Assembly (NCBI GenBank): GCA_050949315.1 | Contig: JBMNFL010000001.1 | Span: 901,888-965,887, forward strand | Reading direction: 5' to 3' | DNA: 64,000 nt | Origin: Bacilli bacterium | GTDB taxonomy: Bacteria; Bacillota_I; Bacilli_A; RFN20; UBA1709 | In this document: positions 58,061 to 64,000 of the stretch, piece by piece | Numbering within the stretch: position 1 is the stretch's first letter | How the letters are laid out: each line of letters opens with the position of its first letter | Position numbers and translations under genes: made by a program | The notes under the pieces: model-generated | The model's database searches: none | What the model saw: the letters and a program-made list of their open reading frames with translations, nothing else | Told to the model about the DNA's origin: nothing

Positions 58061-59002
58061 TTAATTGTCAAGACATATGTTACACTTTGAGAAATATTCT
58101 GTTACAACTTGATTAGGGCTTTTAAAGTTAAGACATGTTTTAGCTGTATTGTTATATCGCTGCTCGTGTTTAGCTACTTGTTGTCTAAGTTCTTTCTCGC
58201 TAATAAAGATTTTTCGCCCATACAGAATTTTTCCATCTTCTCTATGACTTCTTTCAACTTTTCCGTTCTGCCACGGTGAATAAGGTCTCGTCCTTTTTAA
58301 TTTTATTCCTAACTTATTGGCCATCAGTTCAAATATACTCGTTTTATTAGTACGATCATCATCATTTACAAATTCGGCTCCGTTGTCCACTTGTATCATA
58401 TTAATTGGAAATCCCATGGCTTTTTCTAGGCTTTTAAGATATTTTGTCGTTTCGTACGTACTCTTCTCTTTGACTATACAGAGAATTCTTTTGCGACTAA
58501 ACTCATCAATTCCAGTGATTTGATAATATCTGTCTCCATATGTTGGGAATTTTATGCATTCAAGGGGAACATACTTTATATCTATCTGCACCTTGTCTCC
58601 AGGATATTTTCCGTCCAATCTTTCGTATTTTGTATAACTCTTACGATGAATTTCCGGGGTTTTATAACCCTTTTTTCGTATTTGTCGACACATACTCCCA
58701 AAACTTCTTTTATACCCTTTTTGACAACATCGAACATATACTTCTGCCAATCCATAAACACCATTTCTTCTTAACATTCGCTTAATTAGCGACAGCTCAT
58801 CATCTGTATGAGCATTTGGACTAGTCAGGGGTCTTCTTGAGCGTAAGGCAAGACTTCTGATGTCCCCATCATATTTGTTTAATTGCCTATAAACAAACTG
58901 ACGGTTGGTGTGATAACGCCTTGCGGCTCTTGTTACACCATTTTTGAGCGCATATTCACACATTTTCTGGCGAAAGCGCATTTCTTCGGTTATACTAGTC
59001 AT
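58061..59002 (-). CDS. DDE transposase with an rve (integrase-core) domain and an N-terminal HTH, as a single ORF (IS481-family-like)
   Basis: The catalytic residues fall in VQIDIKYV (D), IQVDNGAEF (D) and PYSPWQNGKVERSHR (E). 313 aa. Confidence 0.85.
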   Translation of the reverse strand: MTSITEEMRFRQKMCEYALKNGVTRAARRYHTNRQFVYRQLNKYDGDIRSLALRSRRPLTSPNAHTDDELSLIKRMLRRNGVYGLAEVYVRCCQKGYKRSFGSMCRQIRKKGYKTPEIHRKSYTKYERLDGKYPGDKVQIDIKYVPLECIKFPTYGDRYYQITGIDEFSRKRILCIVKEKSTYETTKYLKSLEKAMGFPINMIQVDNGAEFVNDDDRTNKTSIFELMANKLGIKLKRTRPYSPWQNGKVERSHREDGKILYGRKIFISEKELRQQVAKHEQRYNNTAKTCLNFKSPNQVVTEYFSKCNICLDN

Positions 59003-59095
59003 GAGAGAGCTCCTTTCGGTACCTTTTTTTGGATAAACTTATTGTACCAGAGTCTCTCTCTTTTTTTATTTATTTCTGTAACATATGTTTTATCA
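58066..59095 (-). mobile_element. Insertion sequence (~1.03 kb, IS481-like) bounded by imperfect ~19-bp inverted repeats
   Basis: Left TGTCAAGACATATGTTACA (58066-58084) and the reverse complement of right TTTATCACA... give tgataaaACATATGTTACA (59077-59095), with a perfect 12-bp core ACATATGTTACA. The exact termini are uncertain because the transposase stop at 58061 sits at the edge. No clear target-site duplication. Confidence 0.6.
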
Positions 59096-59367
59096 CACTA
59101 CAATATTGATAAAAAACACAAAGCAGGTTTTTAGTCAAAAACCTATATAATATTTTTTTAAAGAAATAATGGTGCGGAGCTTTAATCTAAGATTGGTTTA
59201 TTATTAATATAAGATTTATTTGAAGTGGTTGAGAAAATCCACTCTTAAATAGTTATTTGAATTTTGATAATATAATGTTAAAATACTAGTAGTTAGTAAA
59301 AGAGTAATAAATTCGGTGCGCTTTACAACTATGCCGACAATTACATATATAGTACATTCAAAGAAAG

Positions 59368-62300
59368 GTGAAGTTTGTGGAATACGATATTTTGATATCC
59401 GTAATATTGTATATTTGTGGCTGTTTTTACTTGTTTTTTGGCGTGTATGCGATAATTTCTAATGTAAAAAGTTGGACCAACAGATTATTTTTATTTTTAA
59501 CGCTCTCTATGATGGTTTGGTCAATTACCTATTCCATTGTGATTTCGGCTCCAACAGAAGAATTCGGAGGTCTTTGGCAGTCCCTATCTATTTTCGGTAG
59601 AGGCACATTTTATTGTTTGTTACTCCACTTTGTATTATTGCTGACAAAAGTTTATGACCGTTTAAAAAACAAGAGGTTTATTGTCTTCCTAATCTATTTA
59701 CCAGCGGCGATAAATATAATTCTTTTTGCCCCTTACGGGCTTATGGCAAAGGAAATATATCACTTAGTACCGAGCAAATTCGGCTGGATAAATGTAACAC
59801 CAACAAATTTTGGAAGCATTTGGCTTTTTTTATACGTCCTCATTTATTCAATCATTTCTATTATATTAATTGTTCATTGGTGGAAAAGACTTGAATCTGG
59901 TACTATTCTAAAACGAAATGCAACGTATTTTCTAATATCAATACTATTTTCTTTTTTTGTTGGAATTTTAATAGATGCTTTACCTGATATTTTTGGAGAA
60001 GCCGTTTTTCCAAAAATTTCTATTTTATTTTTTGTTGGTCCTATAATGTTGTTATTTTTATCATTGAAAAATTTTGGAATACTTCTCGAAAAAAGCAGAG
60101 CGATAGTTCTATTACCCAAATCCAATCACGATTTAAACCAAGATAGAACGCGCCTGTTCCATGTGACTGCAATATTGTTTATGGTGGGTGGAATAGCATC
60201 CTTTTTGCTAGGATATTTTGGCATGGGAAGACCGTTAGAACGGGAGCTTTTAATCTCCGCGCTTATTTTTTCAACGGGTATATTTTTAATGTTCTTGCCT
60301 TCTATAACGAAAAAACATTCCATACAAAATGTTATTTTCTTTTTAATATGTTCGGCAGGTATGTTGTTTTTCATGTTAGTAACCAAGGATACAGCGGCAT
60401 TAACGATATGGGCGGTATATATAATCTTTCTTTTAGTTACCGTTATCTTGGGAAGCAAACGCCACGCGCTTATCTTTGCTATATTTTGCATCGCGCTTCA
60501 GATTCTTTTTTGGATATTTATACCAGAAGTCACTGTTGTTGTTAATGTAAACGAGTATGTAACTAGAATTTTTATTATTTTCCTTTCGTTTTTCGTTGTG
60601 AGATATTTGACAAATGAATATGCTTCAAAGATGAGCGGATATCAAAAATTTGCCGAAGAACATGAAATACTCGAAAGAATCTCCACCAACTTCATTTCGA
60701 TTAACAGTGAAAATGCCCACGAGAAAATTGATGAAATGTTTAAAATGTCGGCGGAAGTGCTTGATTTTGATCAAGGATACTTGATTGAATTTAACGCTGA
60801 TTATAAAAAAGCCAATGTTTTAAATGCGTACACAAAATACGGAGCTGTTAAAACGGAGAGTAAGGAAGTTGAAACCGCAGCTTTTCCTATGGCCAAAATG
60901 ATAATTAATCAAAAACAGCCCATAGGATATACGGATACTACAAGTATCTCCTTTCAGGAAAACAAAGAGGAAAGAGACTTCTTTTTATCAAGAGGAATTT
61001 TGTCTTATTATGCCTTACCAATAGCAATTGAGGATGAAGTAATCGGAATGCTGGTTGTTGAAAATCGTAAAAAAGTTGATTCAAGAGTTTGGGAGAATCA
61101 AATAAATTTTTTAGGTATAATAGCCAATATGTTGGCGGATGCAAAGAAAAAGATCATGTATGAGCAACAACTATATGATAACGCTTATTATGATGAACTC
61201 ACAAAACTGCCTAATAGAAACATGTTGATAAAGAAACTAGAACAAAGCATAAACAACAAGAAAAAATCAGAAAAAGTAGCCGTTTTATATATTGAAATTG
61301 AAAATCTAAGAATGATAAATGATACCTTTGGTCATATAGTAGGGGATAAGATGGTAACAAAATCGGCCTCAATTCTCAAAGATTTGTTGGATGAATGTTG
61401 TTATCTCTCAAGAATAGAAAATGGGGCTTTTGTTATTGTTGTTTCTAATATGAAAAATGTTAAACAAATAGAAGATTTTATCGAGAAAATAACAAATGCC
61501 TTCTCTGTTCCTATCATATCTACTGGAGGAAAAGGAACATTATTTATTGCGATTGTCATCGGTGTTTCCATTTATCCTGATAACGGGAATAATGTAGACA
61601 CTTTATTGCAAAATGCGGATTTAGCAGGATATGAAGCTAGATATGCGGACCACAAAGTCGTTTTCTGTTCAGACCAATTGACAAACCGTATTGCCGAAAC
61701 CACTTTATTCACGAATAAGCTTTTTACAGCGCTACAGAATGAAGAGTTTTTCTTGGAGTTTCAACCTTTGATTAGTAGTAAAACGGATAAAACAGCCGGT
61801 GTTGAAGCCCTACTTAGATGGAATTATGATGATAACAAAAGAATACCTCCAGATGTATTTGTTCCTATTCTTGAGAAAACAGGCCTAATTCATGATGTAG
61901 GACTTTGGGTGCTTGAACAAGCGCTTAAAGAACACAAAAGGCTTGTCTCTAAGGGCTTTCCTCCTCTTCGCTTTTCTGTAAACTTGTCAATTGTTCAATT
62001 TAGAGAGGAAAATTTTGTTCTTGAAATTACAAAAATAATAGAGGAAAGCAAAGTAGACCCGAAGTATATTGAGTTAGAAATTACTGAAAGCTTTTTGTCC
62101 ATTAATTTCGCGGATACGATTGAGAAGTTATCTAAATTGAAAGAGTTTGGTGTAAGTATTGCCATCGATGATTTTGGCAAGGGATATTCATCATTACACC
62201 GTTTAGAACTAGTGCCTTTTGATAGAATAAAGATAGATAAAAGCATTGTAGACGATATCATTTCAGAAAAGAAAAAAGCCGTTGTTGTTAAAACAATAGT

Positions 62301-62463
62301 TTCCCTTGCTAGAGCTCTTATGGCCAATATCACCGCTGAAGGAGTGGAAACAAAAGAGCAGTTAGATTTCTTGAAAGATATGGATTGTGATGAGATACAA
62401 GGATATTATTATTATAAACCTTTACCTATAGAGGCCTTAGAAAAATTCCTTAAAAATGAATGA
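59368..62463 (+). CDS. Large membrane signalling protein with an N-terminal multi-TM (7TM-receptor-like) region, a GAF-like region, a degenerate GGDEF domain and an EAL domain. Probable c-di-GMP phosphodiesterase.
   Basis: About 10 TM helices in aa 1-400. The GGDEF position reads RIENGAFVIVV, which is degenerate. The EAL domain is intact: FQPLIS, GVEALLRW, NLSIVQF, EITE, IDDFGKGYSSL, EGVET, QGYYYYKP. The start is more likely GTG 59377, 8 nt after an AAGAAAGG Shine-Dalgarno. Confidence 0.85.
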   Translation: MKFVEYDILISVILYICGCFYLFFGVYAIISNVKSWTNRLFLFLTLSMMVWSITYSIVISAPTEEFGGLWQSLSIFGRGTFYCLLLHFVLLLTKVYDRLKNKRFIVFLIYLPAAINIILFAPYGLMAKEIYHLVPSKFGWINVTPTNFGSIWLFLYVLIYSIISIILIVHWWKRLESGTILKRNATYFLISILFSFFVGILIDALPDIFGEAVFPKISILFFVGPIMLLFLSLKNFGILLEKSRAIVLLPKSNHDLNQDRTRLFHVTAILFMVGGIASFLLGYFGMGRPLERELLISALIFSTGIFLMFLPSITKKHSIQNVIFFLICSAGMLFFMLVTKDTAALTIWAVYIIFLLVTVILGSKRHALIFAIFCIALQILFWIFIPEVTVVVNVNEYVTRIFIIFLSFFVVRYLTNEYASKMSGYQKFAEEHEILERISTNFISINSENAHEKIDEMFKMSAEVLDFDQGYLIEFNADYKKANVLNAYTKYGAVKTESKEVETAAFPMAKMIINQKQPIGYTDTTSISFQENKEERDFFLSRGILSYYALPIAIEDEVIGMLVVENRKKVDSRVWENQINFLGIIANMLADAKKKIMYEQQLYDNAYYDELTKLPNRNMLIKKLEQSINNKKKSEKVAVLYIEIENLRMINDTFGHIVGDKMVTKSASILKDLLDECCYLSRIENGAFVIVVSNMKNVKQIEDFIEKITNAFSVPIISTGGKGTLFIAIVIGVSIYPDNGNNVDTLLQNADLAGYEARYADHKVVFCSDQLTNRIAETTLFTNKLFTALQNEEFFLEFQPLISSKTDKTAGVEALLRWNYDDNKRIPPDVFVPILEKTGLIHDVGLWVLEQALKEHKRLVSKGFPPLRFSVNLSIVQFREENFVLEITKIIEESKVDPKYIELEITESFLSINFADTIEKLSKLKEFGVSIAIDDFGKGYSSLHRLELVPFDRIKIDKSIVDDIISEKKKAVVVKTIVSLARALMANITAEGVETKEQLDFLKDMDCDEIQGYYYYKPLPIEALEKFLKNE

Positions 62464-62506
62464 TGAATAGAACGTTAAATTGTTCTAAAGTGTGTTTCAT
62501 AACAAA

Positions 62507-62556
62507 AGCTCCCTTATCATAGTACCGTTTTGGATCCAAATTGAGGGAGCAGTTTC
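62507..62556 (-). terminator. Terminator-like hairpin between the GGDEF-EAL gene (+) and tRNA-Gly (-), stronger on the minus strand
   Basis: AGCTCCCT ... AGGGAGC encloses an inner palindrome TTGGATCCAA. On the minus strand the 3' arm is followed by UUUUGUU. Confidence 0.45.
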
Positions 62557-62564
62557 ATTTTAAG

Positions 62565-62638
62565 TGGAGCATGTGACGGGAATCGAACCCGCATAACCAG
62601 CTTGGGAAGCTGGGGTTCTACCACTGAACTACACATGC
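62565..62638 (-). tRNA. tRNA-Gly (anticodon CCC)
   Basis: GCAUGUG-UA-GUUCAGUGGUAGAAC-C-CCAGC-UUCCCAA-GCUGG-UUAU-GCGGG-UUCGAUU-CCCGU-CACAUGC-U-CCA. Confidence 0.8.
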
Positions 62639-62771
62639 ATCGCATGATTAAATTAAACTATTCCATCTAAAATGTCAATTAAGGAAAGCAGGGAAACGTT
62701 TTTTATTGTTGACTAAAAAGCGTGAAAAGTGGTATATTTTATTAGCGTTAGTGAATGATGTGATTCTCTAG

Positions 62772-62847
62772 GGATGCTTAGCTCAGTTGGGAGAGCACTG
62801 CCCTTACAAGGCAGGGGTCGGGGGTTCAAGCCCCTCAGTATCCACCA
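62772..62847 (+). tRNA. tRNA-Val (anticodon UAC)
   Basis: GGAUGCU-UA-GCUCAGUUGGGAGAGC-A-CUGCC-CUUACAA-GGCAG-GGGUC-GGGGG-UUCAAGC-CCCUC-AGUAUCC-A-CCA. Confidence 0.9.
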
Positions 62848-62866
62848 TTCCTAATTAGATACCTGT

Positions 62867-62951
62867 GGGGGGATAGCGAAGTGGCCAAACGCAGATGACT
62901 GTAAATCATTTCCCATCGGGTTCGGCAGTTCAAATCTGTCTCCCCCCACCA
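62867..62951 (+). tRNA. tRNA-Tyr (anticodon GUA), with a long variable arm
   Basis: GGGGGGA-UA-GCG...GAUGA-CUGUAAA-UCAUU, variable arm UCCCAUCGGGUUCGGC, AGUUCAAAUCUGUC-UCCCCCC-A-CCA. Confidence 0.9.
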
Positions 62952-62974
62952 TGTTTATCAATTATTGAGTCTGT

Positions 62975-63050
62975 TGGGGTGTAGCCAAGGGGTAAGGCAA
63001 CAGACTTTGACTCTGTCATTCCGCTGGTTCGAATCCAGCCACCCCAGCCA
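62975..63050 (+). tRNA. tRNA-Gln (anticodon UUG)
   Basis: UGGGGUG-UA-GCCAAGGGGUAAGGC-A-ACAGA-CUUUGAC-UCUGU...GCUGG-UUCGAAU-CCAGC-CACCCCA-G-CCA. U1-A72, G73. Confidence 0.9.
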
Positions 63051-63052
63051 AA

Positions 63053-63128
63053 GACCCGCTAGCTCAGTCGGTAGAGCACTTGACTTTTAATCAAGGGGTC
63101 TGGGGTTCGAATCCCCAGCGGGTCACCA
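63053..63128 (+). tRNA. tRNA-Lys (anticodon UUU)
   Basis: GACCCGC-UA-GCUCAGUCGGUAGAGC-A-CUUGA-CUUUUAA-UCAAG-GGGUC-UGGGG-UUCGAAU-CCCCA-GCGGGUC-A-CCA. Confidence 0.9.
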
Positions 63129-63135
63129 TGTTTTT

Positions 63136-63224
63136 GCCCAGGTGGCGGAATAGGTAGACGCACAGGACTTAAAATCCTGCGGCTAGCGATAGCCATACCG
63201 GTTCGATTCCGGTTCTGGGCACCA
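63136..63224 (+). tRNA. tRNA-Leu (anticodon UAA), with a long variable arm
   Basis: GCCCAGG-UG-GCGGAAUAGGUAGACGC-A-CAGGA-CUUAAAA-UCCUG, variable arm CGGCUAGCGAUAGCCAUA, CCGGUUCGAUUCCGG-UUCUGGGC-A-CCA. Confidence 0.9.
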
Positions 63225-63234
63225 AAAAGAAAAA

Positions 63235-63268
63235 GAGGCATTCTGATTGCAGAATGTCTTTTGTTTTT
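63235..63268 (+). terminator. Rho-independent terminator after the five-tRNA cluster
   Basis: Stem AGGCATTCTG, loop ATTG, stem CAGAATGTCT, then TTTGTTTTT. Confidence 0.7.
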
Positions 63269-63296
63269 CGAAGCAAAGAAAAAGTCTAGAATCGCT

Positions 63297-63560
63297 CTAG
63301 ACTAATTTCATATCTTTCAGTACATTTTTAAGACCAATCAAGGCCGCATGTTCGTCTTTTCCATCAACCACTAAACTGAAGGTTTCTTGATTACGAATTA
63401 CTAAAGCCATGACATTCATAATTGACTTTAAGTCCACCTCTTCGCTTGAGTATTCAAGGCGAATGTTAGACTCGTATTTATTGGCTTCGTTTACCAAAGA
63501 AGCGCTGGCGCGCGATGATAAGCCGTTGATTGATTTGAGTGTGAATTCTTCTCTTTGCAT
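63297..63560 (-). CDS. HPr-family phosphocarrier-like protein lacking the His15 phosphorylation site (Crh-like)
   Basis: Aligns to HPr: GLSSRASAS in place of GLHARPA (His15 -> Ser), with the conserved regulatory-Ser region KSIMNVMAL (Ser46). The ORF track starts at 63584. The internal ATG at 63560 (MQREEFTLKS...) gives an 87-aa HPr-length product. Confidence 0.7.
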   Translation of the reverse strand: MQREEFTLKSINGLSSRASASLVNEANKYESNIRLEYSSEEVDLKSIMNVMALVIRNQETFSLVVDGKDEHAALIGLKNVLKDMKLV

Positions 63561-63648
63561 CGCTTCTTCATCCCTACTTTCCATCTCTAATTATAAAAGA
63601 TTGGGGTGGGAAAGCAAGATAAAAGAACAAGAAAGCGTTTTCAAGTTG

Positions 63649-64000
63649 CTAAAGCAATTTTTTGAGAAGTTTTAATTTCTTTTCCGTATATTTGGGATAG
63701 CGCAATTTGATATCCATATTGTGTTTATAGACTATTCCTTTATAGTGAGTGAAGGCATCAAAGGTGCGTTTGCCATGATAACAACCCATCCCCGAAAGAC
63801 CAACCCCACCAAAGGGAAGATGTTCAGTAGCGACATGCATTAAGGTATCATTGACACAACCGCCACCAAAAGAGAGTTCTTTTAAAATATAATCGGCTTT
63901 ATTCTTGTCTTGGGTAAAGATGTAACAAGCTAAGGGTTTAGCACCGCCATTGACCTTGCGAGCTAAAGCTAAACCTTCTTCAAAGTTTTTGATCCTTATA
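63649..64000 (-). CDS. 3' portion of an aldehyde dehydrogenase (ALDH superfamily) gene that continues past the window end
   Basis: The C-terminal ALDH signature ...HLPFGGVGLSGMGCYHGKRTFDAFTHYK is followed by a stop at 63649-63651. The frame stays open to nt 64000. Confidence 0.7.
   Translation of the reverse strand, partial: IRIKNFEEGLALARKVNGGAKPLACYIFTQDKNKADYILKELSFGGGCVNDTLMHVATEHLPFGGVGLSGMGCYHGKRTFDAFTHYKGIVYKHNMDIKLRYPKYTEKKLKLLKKLL

Noticed and set aside
58317-59134. Four plus-strand ORFs (58317, 58520, 58540, 58883) within the IS element
   Set aside because: All are antisense to the intact DDE transposase and lack Shine-Dalgarno sequences, so they are not a second transposase ORF.
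59368-59376. GTG at 59368 as the start of the 7TM-GGDEF-EAL gene
   Set aside because: The AAGAAAGG Shine-Dalgarno abuts this GTG with no spacer. The in-frame GTG at 59377 has an 8-nt spacing and is the more plausible initiation site.
63059-63241. 60-aa ORF on the minus strand
   Set aside because: It lies across tRNA-Lys and tRNA-Leu of the plus-strand tRNA cluster, so it is spurious.
63409-63675. 88-aa plus-strand ORF overlapping the HPr-like gene
   Set aside because: The minus-strand frame gives a clean HPr-fold alignment with the conserved Ser46 region. The plus-strand product has no recognisable features.
1-64000. CRISPR arrays, prophage or integrase-bounded islands, toxin-antitoxin pairs
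   Set aside because: I scanned for short direct repeats with regular spacers and for integrase, terminase or capsid-like ORFs and saw none. The only mobile DNA recognised is the single IS element at about 58.07-59.10 kb.

Overview
This 64 kb window is a low-GC, Firmicutes-like chromosomal segment. The gene order matches the Bacillus layout cysS-rlmB-sigH ... rpmG-secE-nusG-rplK-rplA-rplJ-rplL-(ybxB-like methyltransferase)-rpoB-rpoC. It uses the standard genetic code, since rpoB and rpoC are intact. GTG and TTG starts are frequent, and so are ATGA/TAATG start-stop overlaps. Most of the window is housekeeping. This includes ychF, uppP, ung, prfA-prmC, whiA, yebC-like, cdaA, guaB plus a stand-alone GMP-synthase PP-loop subunit, cysS, ribosomal proteins, rpoBC, an S1-PGI fusion, surE and two tRNA clusters. 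Cis-regulatory RNAs I can support from sequence are a TPP riboswitch before a ThiT-like ECF S-component and a probable THF riboswitch with an RBS-sequestering hairpin before a FolT-like S-component on the minus strand. There is also a Cys T-box before cysS, an L10-leader attenuator, and several near-consensus sigma-A promoters and rho-independent terminators. Five regions look accessory or unusual. (1) A translationally coupled operon at the window start encodes a membrane-anchored McrB/AAA_5-like NTPase, a 564-aa partner with a poly-K/E tail, a SipW-type signal peptidase and two membrane GGDEF(degenerate)-EAL proteins. (2) A 1425-aa type-II membrane protein carries roughly 6-7 tandem ~200-aa extracellular repeats and has its own promoter overlapped by a perfect 16-bp palindrome. 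It sits between an nfeD-SPFH pair and an MscS channel gene that is tightly linked to it. (3) A serine-palmitoyltransferase-like alpha-oxoamine synthase (GTFSKS lysine motif) plus a classical SDR are inserted between sigH and rpmG, a candidate sphingoid-base/ketoamine lipid module. (4) An IS481-like element with 19-bp imperfect inverted repeats lies next to tRNA-Gln. (5) A third large 7TM-GAF-GGDEF(degenerate)-EAL protein follows the IS element. No CRISPR array was seen.
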